In this document: one piece after another, positions 54,495 through 62,854 of the stretch
Position numbering within the stretch: position 1 is the first letter of the stretch
Layout of the letters: each line of letters starts with the position of its first letter
NCBI GenBank assembly: GCA_902788805.1
Contig: CADALO010000002.1
Span: 66,349 to 130,348 of the forward strand
Reading direction: 5' to 3'
DNA: 64,000 nucleotides
DNA from: an uncultured Bacteroidota bacterium
GTDB taxonomy: Bacteria > Bacteroidota > Bacteroidia > Bacteroidales > P3
Position numbers and translations under genes: made by a program
Notes under the pieces: model-generated
Database searches by the model: none
The model's input: only the letters and a program-made list of their open reading frames with translations
What the model was told of the DNA's origin: nothing

Positions 54495-54566
54495 CAGTTG
54501 CATAAATAGTGGGCTGATGAGATATTTGGCTCATTATGAGATTCTATTGTTTAAAATTGAAAGAAT

Positions 54567-55514
54567 ATGACAAACGAAGAGCTTAAAAATGAGATAATCC
54601 GTCTGAAAAAAGAGAAGAATGCCGTAATTCTTGGGCATTACTATCAGATTGACGAAATACAGGCCTTGTCGGACTATGTCGGTGACAGTCTTGCATTGGC
54701 ACAGGAGGCGCAGCGTACCGATGCGCCAATCATAGTATTCTGCGGAGTTCATTTTATGGCTGAAACTGCCAAGATACTCAACCCCACGCGCAAGGTTCTG
54801 TTGCCCGATGTCGAGGCAAGCTGCTCATTGGCTGAATCGTGCACCGGCGAGGATTTGCGTCGTTTCAAGGCTGAGCATCCGGGACATATAGTTGTTTCGT
54901 ATGTCAATTGTTCTGCCGAGGTGAAGGCTGAGTCGGATCTGATTTGCACATCGGGAAATGCTGAGAAACTTATCAACGCTTTGCCGAAGGATCAGAAGAT
55001 TATATTTGCGCCTGACAAGAACCTTGGCGGCTATATCAATCGTCAAACCGGTAGAAATATGGTGTTATGGAACGGTGTCTGCACCGTCCACGATGCGCTG
55101 GAGGCAGAGAGTATACTGAAACTGAAGCAGCAGAATCCCGATGCTCCTGTCATTGCCCATCCTGAGTGCAACAGTGCTGTTCTGGCCGTATCGGAGTTTA
55201 TCGGGTCGACAAAGGCGATGCTCAACTATGTTGCCAAGTCGGAACATAAGCGTTTCATCGTAGCTACCGAGTCGGGAATCCTATACGAGATGAGGAAGAA
55301 CAACCCCGACAAGGAGTTTATTGCCGTGCCGAGTGGTGAGAGTTGCGCCTGCACCGATTGTTCGTATATGAAGATGAACACCCTGGAGAAGTTGTACAGA
55401 TGCCTGCGTGACGAGCAGCCCGAGATTCTGCTCGACGCAGAGATGATAGAGCGTGCCCGCAGACCTATAGTGCGTATGCTTGATATGAGCCGTGAGTTGG
55501 GAATTATCAAATAA
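54567..55514 (+). CDS. nadA: quinolinate synthase
   Basis: 315 aa. ILGHYYQ, CGVHFMAETAKIL, VVSYVNCSAEVKA and AHPEC motifs. Confidence 0.9.
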   Translation: MTNEELKNEIIRLKKEKNAVILGHYYQIDEIQALSDYVGDSLALAQEAQRTDAPIIVFCGVHFMAETAKILNPTRKVLLPDVEASCSLAESCTGEDLRRFKAEHPGHIVVSYVNCSAEVKAESDLICTSGNAEKLINALPKDQKIIFAPDKNLGGYINRQTGRNMVLWNGVCTVHDALEAESILKLKQQNPDAPVIAHPECNSAVLAVSEFIGSTKAMLNYVAKSEHKRFIVATESGILYEMRKNNPDKEFIAVPSGESCACTDCSYMKMNTLEKLYRCLRDEQPEILLDAEMIERARRPIVRMLDMSRELGIIK

Positions 55515-55524
55515 TTTTCCCGAA

Positions 55525-56019
55525 ATGATTGGTCAGAAAGAGGTTTACGACTGTTTGGAGCGTCTGGGAATAAGCTATGAGTATTACGAACATCCCGAGG
55601 CTCCTACTATTGAGATTGCCGCTCAGTTCTACCGTGGCGAAGGCACGACGCTATGCAAGAATCTGTTTTTTCGCAACCACAAAGGCAACCGGCATTATCT
55701 GGTGATAATGAAGAGCACCTTCGAGATGGATATCCATAGTGTGGAGAAGATGCTGCATCAAGGCAAGCTGTCGTTTGCTTCGCCCGAGCGTATGATGCGT
55801 TATCTTGGTGTGAAGCCAGGTTCGGTAAGTCTGTTCAATCTGGTCAACGACAAGAATAAGGATGTGACATTGTTTGTCGATGCAGGGCTGCTGAAGGTTG
55901 AAAAAGTGAGTTTCCACCCCAACGACAACCGTGCATCGCTGGTGATAAGCAGCCAGGATATGTTGAAATTTATCGAGGAAATGGGGATAAACTATGAAGT
56001 GTTGAATCTCTATGAATGA
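55525..56019 (+). CDS. YbaK/ProX-type aminoacyl-tRNA editing domain protein
   Basis: ORF 55492..56019. ATG 55525 (MIGQKEVYDCLERLGISYEYYEHPEAPTIE...CKNLFFRN...VSFHPNDN) fits the prolyl-tRNA-synthetase-associated domain family. Confidence 0.7.
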   Translation: MIGQKEVYDCLERLGISYEYYEHPEAPTIEIAAQFYRGEGTTLCKNLFFRNHKGNRHYLVIMKSTFEMDIHSVEKMLHQGKLSFASPERMMRYLGVKPGSVSLFNLVNDKNKDVTLFVDAGLLKVEKVSFHPNDNRASLVISSQDMLKFIEEMGINYEVLNLYE

Positions 56020-56126
56020 AGAGAAATCCTGTTGTTGAAAAGGTAATACCGAATTGTTGATAACGTCATAAAAATACAAATCTGAATAATAATTATATAG
56101 TGTTGAAGAATAGTGAATTACAGGTA

Positions 56127-56142
56127 TGTTTCACGTGTAACA
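56127..56142. promoter_or_regulatory. CACGTG-centred palindrome TGTTTCACGTGTAACA (copy 3, one mismatch)
   Basis: 21 nt upstream of the pseudouridine synthase ATG 56163. Confidence 0.45.
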
Positions 56143-56162
56143 TTTTTTAGAGGAGAAAGCAG

Positions 56163-57035
56163 ATGAAAACATTGGAAATTGAAGTCAAGGAACCGATAAA
56201 ACTTCTTGAGCTTATAGAGAAAACTTTCCCTGACAGTAGTCGCACAAAGCACAAGGAAATTCTTGCACATAGAATCTATATTGCTTCTCGGCACATAACG
56301 CAATATGATTTCCCATTGGCTGCGGGAATGAAGGTCATTATTGAGGGCGATGAAAACAGGAACAAGCCTATGCGTGGAAATATGCCGATAGTTTATGAGG
56401 ACAGGTATCTGTTTGTTGTCGACAAGCCGGTGGGTCTTCTCAGTAGCAGCAATAATCCTGACGACCGGACGGTAATAAGCGAGTTGAACGACTATCTTAT
56501 GCGTCGTCGTTCGAGGCAGCGTGCCCACGTGGTGCATCGCTTGGACAGGGATACATCGGGATTGTTGCTTGTGGCCAAGTCGAAAGAGGTGGCGCGCGCA
56601 TTTGAGAGTGACTGGAAGGAGCGGGTTTACGACCGCGCCTATGTGGCTGTGACGTGGGGTGCTCCGGTGCCTGCCAACGGAACTGTCAGGTCGTGGCTTA
56701 CGGAGAACGAGTATGGAGTAGTGTCGTCGCCTACCGACAATGGCGGCAAGTTGGCTATAACGAATTATAAAACCCTGCGGAAACAAGGCAGATTTGCGCT
56801 GGTGCAGATGAACCTTGAAACAGGACGTCGCAACCAGATACGAGTTCAGATGCGCGAGTTGGGTCATCCATTGTTGAAGGATCCGATTTATGGGTATAGA
56901 GACGACAATTCGCCGCTGAAACGATTGGCGCTTCACGCCTTCAAGCTTTGCTTCCATCATCCCGTGACCGAGAAGGACATCAAGCTTGAAACACCGTTTC
57001 CGAAAGAGTTCACGGCTTTGTTTGAGGGCAGATAG
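56163..57035 (+). CDS. RluA-family pseudouridine synthase
   Basis: 290 aa. HRLDRDTSGLLLVAKS catalytic-Asp motif. GRRNQIRVQM. Confidence 0.85.
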   Translation: MKTLEIEVKEPIKLLELIEKTFPDSSRTKHKEILAHRIYIASRHITQYDFPLAAGMKVIIEGDENRNKPMRGNMPIVYEDRYLFVVDKPVGLLSSSNNPDDRTVISELNDYLMRRRSRQRAHVVHRLDRDTSGLLLVAKSKEVARAFESDWKERVYDRAYVAVTWGAPVPANGTVRSWLTENEYGVVSSPTDNGGKLAITNYKTLRKQGRFALVQMNLETGRRNQIRVQMRELGHPLLKDPIYGYRDDNSPLKRLALHAFKLCFHHPVTEKDIKLETPFPKEFTALFEGR

Positions 57036-57085
57036 TTTTATTAGGAATTATTTTCCTGTTTTGGGCAAATATTGGTTAAACTATA

Positions 57086-57577
57086 TTATTTGCGGTTGTA
57101 TAGGTATGAAGTTTGGGATGTGCCTTTAGGACATTTGAAAGACAGGAATGTTTCGTTGGCAGGAGGGGTGATTGTCATATTATCTTCGTACCGCTGCAGT
57201 TGACAGACAATAGTTGCTTTTTCAGTAGTGATGGTAATCTCGGCCACACTGGGTATTGTGCTTTTCCAAATGTTCCATTTTGCTTCGTATGTGGAAAAAA
57301 TATAGTTCCCGTCAGGGTCACGGTCAACTGCCACTTGCACTAGAACTGTGCCGTCGGAGCGGAATTCAATGTCGCGCATTAGGGAGTACACTTTCTCGCC
57401 CGCAACAGCAGCGTGCTCTCCACATAGACGAAGACCATAGCAGGATAGGGTATTTATTGCTTCTTTGAATTCCTATTTTCCTACAATGTCACTATCGGTT
57501 AAGTTTTATGCTGAAGCTTTGGCAGTCATCATTCCGAGTGCGCACACCATTGCACCAAGGGAAAATGCTTTCTTCAA
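57086..57577 (-). pseudogene. secreted-protein gene interrupted by two in-frame stops (TAA 57508-57506, TAG 57475-57473)
   Basis: Same frame reads TTG-KKAFSLGAMVCALGMMTAKASA * NLTDSDIVGK * EFKEAINTLSCYGLRLCGEHAAVAGEK-VYSLMRDIEF..., continuing into the 101-codon ORF 57086..57391, which has only a GTG start. Confidence 0.55.
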
Positions 57578-57657
57578 AAATATAATTGATTATATTAATG
57601 TGTTTTATTCAAGGCTAAAAAAAGCGTTTGTTCTTCGGTTGTGTTTCATATTGAAAA

Positions 57658-58158
57658 CTATTCAGCAGGCGTGAGCCTGATTCCTCCACATTGGGCAAAT
57701 CTACGGTTCATCGGGTAGGTGAAGCGGTAAGTGCCGAGATAATGTTCCAGCACTTCACGGAACTGCGACTGCCATTCGTCAGATGGTTTCTTGTCGCCTG
57801 AAAATGTATAAAAATAGTGTTCCACCGTACAGTTAGGAGCGAAGTAGGCGCGACCCCACAGGCGGTAAGGCTCCGTCCAGTTCATACCCGCTTCCCTCAT
57901 TGCGCCGCTCAATCCCTGCACAAATGCCATCCACGACTGCATATACTCCTGCGGTACGCTGTCGCCAAGTATGAACATACCGCTGGGCCAGATGGTTTCC
58001 AATGTGTCGAGCGTGATGCCCCTGTCGGTGACTTCCGAGAGAAGCATCGCCTTCTGCGGCATTTTGGCCAGTTGTTTCTCAAGAGATCGGCTGGCACTGC
58101 AAGAAGCGAAGAGCATTGCTGCGCCCAGCAAAGCTGTAAAGATTTTAGTGAGTTTCAT
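57658..58158 (-). CDS. hypothetical lipoprotein
   Basis: 166 aa. MKLTKIFTALLGAAMLFASC lipobox. 12 nt downstream of the LRR gene. Confidence 0.7.
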   Translation of the reverse strand: MKLTKIFTALLGAAMLFASCSASRSLEKQLAKMPQKAMLLSEVTDRGITLDTLETIWPSGMFILGDSVPQEYMQSWMAFVQGLSGAMREAGMNWTEPYRLWGRAYFAPNCTVEHYFYTFSGDKKPSDEWQSQFREVLEHYLGTYRFTYPMNRRFAQCGGIRLTPAE

Positions 58159-58170
58159 TGTATTGTTTTT

Positions 58171-59865
58171 TTATCGGATTACGGCTACTTTGCGGGCGGG
58201 ACGGTCGCCGACTTTGACAATATAAACACCGGTGGGCAGTAGTGTCTCATTGTGGACGGCGCGGCCTGTGATGTCGTAGATGCGCACCGTCTCGCCGTCG
58301 GCACCTTCGACCACGATGCGGCCATCGTGGGAATAGACTTTGGTGTTGTCAGCTTCAACATCATCAATACCCACAGCACGTACTATGCAGTCGTTCTCCG
58401 GAAAGCCCTGAACAGGATGATGGTACACCAATTCACCGTCTTTATGACAACAAACAAGAGGGCCGCTAAGTCCAAAACCTGTTCTTAAAGAGCCCATATC
58501 ACTACATCCAATTCCCTCAACGAATATCAGAGATTCTCCATAGTAAGTGTTATCGTTCAATACAATTGTGCGCCGGGAATCAACCGTGTAGGTGTCCTGA
58601 ACTATGAAAGTGATGACACTATATGAGTATGTTTCACGCATATAGAATGTGTCGCCAATGCTGAGCGACATATCAGCAATAAGGAAGTCCTCGTCCTCGT
58701 CAGTATATCTACCCCACAGCCGTCCCGTGGAGCGATCTTCACGCAACAGGAAATCATATTCCGGCACTCTATTTTCATCATATCCACCACGCCAGTATAC
58801 ATCCGAGTATTCCGCCTTCTTGTAGTTACGTTGGTCTACAACCGTGTCCCCTGCTATACGGATCAGATAGTTTTCCCACGGACAGTCGTAAAATGCCCCC
58901 ACAGCGTTCCACAAAGTTGTCTCCTGCCCGAAATAGGATTGGTATTCTGTCGGTTCGGTGCTGTCAGCGGCAAAGTGTGCGATGATAGACATATCTTCTG
59001 TTACAGTGACGGTGAGAGGATTATCAGTGACAATGTTTTGGTAGCCAGGAGTAATACTCCAACCATAGAAGTGATAGCCCTCGTCGGCGGTGGCAAGCAG
59101 TTCGGCTTGAGGATTGTTGCAGGTGGGCTCGCTGACAACCTCAACGCTTCCGTGTTCCTCATTGTCTGCTGCCACTTCCAGAGCATACCCCGGCTCCTCG
59201 ATAAAAGTGGAGAAAGAGCCGCCCCACTCAGACACGTATGATGCTGTGCTACCGCAAGGAATATAGACTGAAACGGAGTCAGCCATATCATAAAATGCAC
59301 CAGAAAAAGAAGTAGGAGCAACATTGTTCAACGAGTGAATTTCGGTGAGCGCATTGCAAAACAGGAATGCCCCGTAATAAATGAGGTTGACTTCTCGTCC
59401 AAGGGTTATGGATTGTAAACTGTAACATTTCGAGAATGTTTCTCTGCGGATTTCAGTAATGCTGTCAGGCAGGTGGACGGAGGCAAGCGAAGAGCAGTAG
59501 CCGAAAGAGTATTCTCCCATATATTTCACTGTGTTTGGAACGTAAACCGACGTCAAAGACTTGCAGTTGAAGAAAGCGCCCATCATATAGTCGTGGGTCT
59601 TAAGTTCGGTTACAGTATAAGTGATTCCGCAATAGGACACCGTTTCGGGGATGATTAGGTCGCCCGAGACATAGTTGCTGTCGCCGGTGCTGGTGCGTGG
59701 GTGGACCACGCTGACTTGGGTTGAGTCGTAGATTTTGTAGTAGAGCGTCTGTCCGCTCGGAGCAGTGGCGGAGAAGTCGTAGGCATAATACTGGCCATAA
59801 ACATTTGTCGCCAAGGTTAGCACTGCGATAAGTGCAAAGAGGGTTTTGATGCTGTGATGTTTCAT
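58171..59865 (-). CDS. BspA-type leucine-rich-repeat surface protein with T9SS C-terminal sorting domain
   Basis: ORF to 59928. ATG 59865 gives signal peptide MKHHSIKTLFALIAVLTLATNVYGQ. LRR units (FFNCKSLTSVYVPNTVKYMGEYSFGYCSSLASVHLPDSITEI...). C-terminal ...RIYDITGRAVHNETLLPTGVYIVKVGDRPARKVAVIR resembles Por_Secre_tail. Confidence 0.75.
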   Translation of the reverse strand: MKHHSIKTLFALIAVLTLATNVYGQYYAYDFSATAPSGQTLYYKIYDSTQVSVVHPRTSTGDSNYVSGDLIIPETVSYCGITYTVTELKTHDYMMGAFFNCKSLTSVYVPNTVKYMGEYSFGYCSSLASVHLPDSITEIRRETFSKCYSLQSITLGREVNLIYYGAFLFCNALTEIHSLNNVAPTSFSGAFYDMADSVSVYIPCGSTASYVSEWGGSFSTFIEEPGYALEVAADNEEHGSVEVVSEPTCNNPQAELLATADEGYHFYGWSITPGYQNIVTDNPLTVTVTEDMSIIAHFAADSTEPTEYQSYFGQETTLWNAVGAFYDCPWENYLIRIAGDTVVDQRNYKKAEYSDVYWRGGYDENRVPEYDFLLREDRSTGRLWGRYTDEDEDFLIADMSLSIGDTFYMRETYSYSVITFIVQDTYTVDSRRTIVLNDNTYYGESLIFVEGIGCSDMGSLRTGFGLSGPLVCCHKDGELVYHHPVQGFPENDCIVRAVGIDDVEADNTKVYSHDGRIVVEGADGETVRIYDITGRAVHNETLLPTGVYIVKVGDRPARKVAVIR

Positions 59866-59968
59866 TGTATTGTGGATTATTTGAACATTATTATGCGTTT
59901 TATTATATAGTCGTATTTTTAGGCTCATATCTTACAGTTGTTAATAACTTTTTATTCCGATGTGCAAT

Positions 59969-60173
59969 GTATGCACATAAAAAAAGCGTGAACTCTTAAG
60001 TCTTCATTGGTACTTTGAGGTCTTCGACTACCTAACTTCACCCAACTAAAACAAACAAGTCCACGCCATTGGAGGCGGGCGTTGTCGCATTTACTGGTGA
60101 AGTTTTGAAGTTGTCGAAGTTCCAAAGTACCAGATAAGCCACTTCGCTTTTTCCTATTCTATGATGTGCATAC
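59969..60173. repeat. 205-nt composite imperfect palindrome (candidate structured RNA or MITE-like element)
   Basis: Nested perfect helices around dyad ~60070: 59969-59978/60164-60173 (10 bp), 60009-60017/60123-60131 (9 bp), 60022-60028/60113-60119 (7 bp), 60034-60042/60096-60104 (9 bp). AAAAAGCG/CGCTTTTT also pairs. Confidence 0.8.
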
Positions 60174-60240
60174 TTAACTATGCGCTATGCTTCATTGGCA
60201 TCAGTATTGGTTAATAATTCTGTTTGATATTGAGGTCTAA

Positions 60241-60363
60241 TTAATTGAACTTTACTGGCGGAATGCCGAGCTGCTTACAGATGGCCTCGGGCAGTTGCTG
60301 GCACTGGCCGCTGTAAAGACCCGTGACGGGGTCGTGCTCAATGATAATGGTATATTCTGCCAT
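60241..60363 (-). CDS. 40-codon ORF resembling the N-terminal half of a HicB/UPF0150-type antitoxin
   Basis: Below the ORF-track size cut-off. MAEYTIIIEHDPVTGLYSGQCQQLPEAICKQLGIPPVKFN*. The pattern Y-T-I-I-I-E-x-D-x-x-x-G-x-Y-x-x-x-x-x-x-L-P is HicB-like. Has its own TATCTTTG box. Confidence 0.35.
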   Translation of the reverse strand: MAEYTIIIEHDPVTGLYSGQCQQLPEAICKQLGIPPVKFN

Positions 60364-60389
60364 AATATTATAGTTCAAATTTCAATTTG

Positions 60390-60397
60390 CAAAGATA
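60390..60397 (-). promoter_or_regulatory. putative -7 box TATCTTTG for the 40-codon ORF
   Basis: caaagata on + strand, 27 nt upstream of ATG 60363. Confidence 0.4.
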
Positions 60398-60530
60398 CAA
60401 ACTATTTTTGGATTGGCAAAAACAGATTTTTCAGATTTGCCATAAATGTGGTCGATAAGTATTGAAATAGCACTTTGTATGATATAGTTCATCGACGTAA
60501 TTGAGGCATAAAACAGCTGGTTCTGCACTG

Positions 60531-60649
60531 GGTCTTGTTCGTTCGTTGTTCGTTCGTTGTCCGTTTGTTGTCCGCTCGTTGTCCGATTACTGATCGAACA
60601 ACAATCGGACAACGAGCGGACAACAAATGGACAACGAGCGAACAAGACC
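60531..60649. repeat. second TTGTCCGC-type tandem-repeat hairpin
   Basis: ggtc ttgttcgttcg ttgttcgttcg ttgtccgtttg ttgtccgctcg ttgtccgatt ... aatcggacaa cgagcggacaa caaatggacaa cgagcgaacaa gacc. 11-nt units, with inner ~32-bp arms complementary apart from one G/A difference. Followed by CCCTTTTAT. Confidence 0.9.
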
Positions 60650-60826
60650 CCTTTTATCTATGGCTAAAGCAGTACGGCGCACTACTTTAGCCGATGGCCT
60701 ATCATGGGGCTTTAGTCAACCAATCAAAGTTTCAGCCATAGTTGAATCAACAAAAAAATAAGTTTTCTTTTTTGTACAATAAAGTCAAGGGAGAGTCGTT
60801 TTAAGTATATTAATTGTAAAAATAAA

Positions 60827-61450
60827 ATGGATTATAATACGAATAGGGGAGAAATGCTATACAGGGAGTATGGCCGCACAATAGAGAAAATAATAGAAAA
60901 AGTGTGTGCCACTCCTGAGAGTGAGGAGCGCAACGAGGCTGCCAGGGCTATCGTTACGTCGATGGCGCAAATTGCCGGTTTGTCGCTTCGCGACGATGTG
61001 GTGTACCATAAGCTGTGGGACCATCTTATGATAATGTCCGGTTTTGTGCTGGAGAGTGCCTGGCCGTTTGGACAGGAGGAATTGGCACAATTGAAGGAAC
61101 GCCACGAGACGACAGAGAACTCAAAGGCAGAGAAGCTTCCCTATAAGGACCGTACTATCGGCAGCCGTCACTATGGCGAATACCTTGAGTCGATGCTGCA
61201 CCATTTGAAGGACATTCCTGACGGCGAGGAGTACCGAATGCTTGTTACTCTCGTGGCGCAGCAGGCCAAACGCTCCTATCTTGTATGGAACGGAGAATTG
61301 TCGGACGACAACATAGTAGTGGAACAGATGGTGCGCATATCGGGCGACGAGCGTTTAAGGGAGTACCTTATCGACAAACCGATCGTTGTGCCGCCTAATA
61401 CCTTGCCGATAGAGACAGCACCGTCGAAAAAGAAAAAGAAGAGAAAGTAA
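60827..61450 (+). CDS. DUF4290-family protein
   Basis: 207 aa. MDYNTNRGEMLYREYGRTIEKIIE... and its position directly upstream of murA match the Bacteroidota DUF4290-murA pairing I recall. Lys-rich tail. Confidence 0.65.
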   Translation: MDYNTNRGEMLYREYGRTIEKIIEKVCATPESEERNEAARAIVTSMAQIAGLSLRDDVVYHKLWDHLMIMSGFVLESAWPFGQEELAQLKERHETTENSKAEKLPYKDRTIGSRHYGEYLESMLHHLKDIPDGEEYRMLVTLVAQQAKRSYLVWNGELSDDNIVVEQMVRISGDERLREYLIDKPIVVPPNTLPIETAPSKKKKKRK

Positions 61451-61483
61451 TAAAGTGAGGCATTAACTGAAACATAATCTGCT

Positions 61484-62845
61484 ATGAGTAGTTTTGAAAT
61501 AGAAGGCGGATACAAACTGAGGGGAACCATACTCCCACAGGGAGCCAAGAACGAGGCTCTTCAGGTGATATGCGCCGTGCTGCTGACTGAAGAGCGGGTG
61601 GTGATAGAGAATGTGCCCGACATCAGGGATGTGAATCATTTGATAGAACTTCTCAGGCTGCTCGGGGTCAAGGTTGAGACCCTTGCCTGGGATGGAGTGG
61701 GGAAGAGCTACGCTTTCCAGGCCGACGACATAAAGTTGGAGGTAATTGGCAGCCCTGAATATTGTTCGCTTGCTTCGCGTCTTCGCGGAAGCATTATGAT
61801 AGCCGGTCCGCTGCTGGCTCGTTTCGGTATGGCAGTTGTACCGCAGCCGGGTGGTGACAAGATAGGCCGCCGCCGCATTGACACCCATCTGACGGGTATG
61901 GAAATGCTCGGTGCCAAGATCGAGGACTTTCTGCTGCGCGTGCCTGCAACGGAAAACGGAAGAAGTGCCCAATATGGAGGCTACAGGCTCGATGCCGGCG
62001 ACGGGTTGACAGGCAGGTATATGCTGCTCGACGAGGCCAGTGTTACAGGTACGGCCAATATTATTATGGCTGCTGTTATGGCTAAGGGCACGACAACAAT
62101 AATGAACGCTGCCTGCGAGCCATACGTCTACCAGTTGTGCGAGATGCTCAACAAGATGGGTGCACGCATCAGCGGTGTACGCAGCAACAGACTTACAATC
62201 GAAGGTGTCGACAGCCTTGGCGGTACTGTACATCGTTTGCTGCCAGATATGATTGAGGTTGGCAGTTTTATAGGTATGGCTGCTATGACTCAGAGCGACA
62301 TAACAATAGGCAATGTGGCACTGGAGCATCTGGGCTTGATTCCGCAGGTGTTCCGTCGCCTGGGCGTGGAGATATGGCAGAAAGGCGACGACCTTTACAT
62401 CCCCGCAAAAGAGGTGTATGAAATAGACCGTTTTATGGACGGGTCGATACTTACGATTGCTGATGCACCGTGGCCAGGATTCACCCCCGACCTTATAAGT
62501 ATAGCGTTGGTTACGGCAATACAGGCCCGCGGCAGTGTGCTGATACATCAGAAGATGTTTGAGAGCCGATTGTTTTTTGTGGACAAGTTGATAGATATGG
62601 GTGCACAGATCATCCTTTGCGATCCTCACCGCGCTACGGTGATAGGACTGGCTCGTGAGCATCAGCTGAGGGGAATGCATATGACTTCGCCCGACATCAG
62701 GGCCGGTGTCGCCCTGCTTATCGCTGCTATGGCGGCACAAGGTGTCAGCCATATCGACAACATAGAGCAGATAGATCGAGGATATGAACATATAGACGAG
62801 CGCTTGAACGCGCTTGGCGCCAAAATAAAAAGAGTTGACTATTAA
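61484..62845 (+). CDS. murA: UDP-N-acetylglucosamine 1-carboxyvinyltransferase
   Basis: 453 aa. GAKNEALQVICAVLL, PGGDKIGRRRIDTH, LDEASVTGTANIIMAAV, HQKMFESRLFFVDKLIDMGA. Confidence 0.95.
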   Translation: MSSFEIEGGYKLRGTILPQGAKNEALQVICAVLLTEERVVIENVPDIRDVNHLIELLRLLGVKVETLAWDGVGKSYAFQADDIKLEVIGSPEYCSLASRLRGSIMIAGPLLARFGMAVVPQPGGDKIGRRRIDTHLTGMEMLGAKIEDFLLRVPATENGRSAQYGGYRLDAGDGLTGRYMLLDEASVTGTANIIMAAVMAKGTTTIMNAACEPYVYQLCEMLNKMGARISGVRSNRLTIEGVDSLGGTVHRLLPDMIEVGSFIGMAAMTQSDITIGNVALEHLGLIPQVFRRLGVEIWQKGDDLYIPAKEVYEIDRFMDGSILTIADAPWPGFTPDLISIALVTAIQARGSVLIHQKMFESRLFFVDKLIDMGAQIILCDPHRATVIGLAREHQLRGMHMTSPDIRAGVALLIAAMAAQGVSHIDNIEQIDRGYEHIDERLNALGAKIKRVDY

Positions 62846-62854
62846 GGTTTAGAT

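Noticed and set aside
60382-60645. The 87-aa ORF on the minus strand.
   Set aside because: It is generated by the tandem-repeat hairpin and gives a T/N/Q/R-rich repetitive translation. It has no start context.
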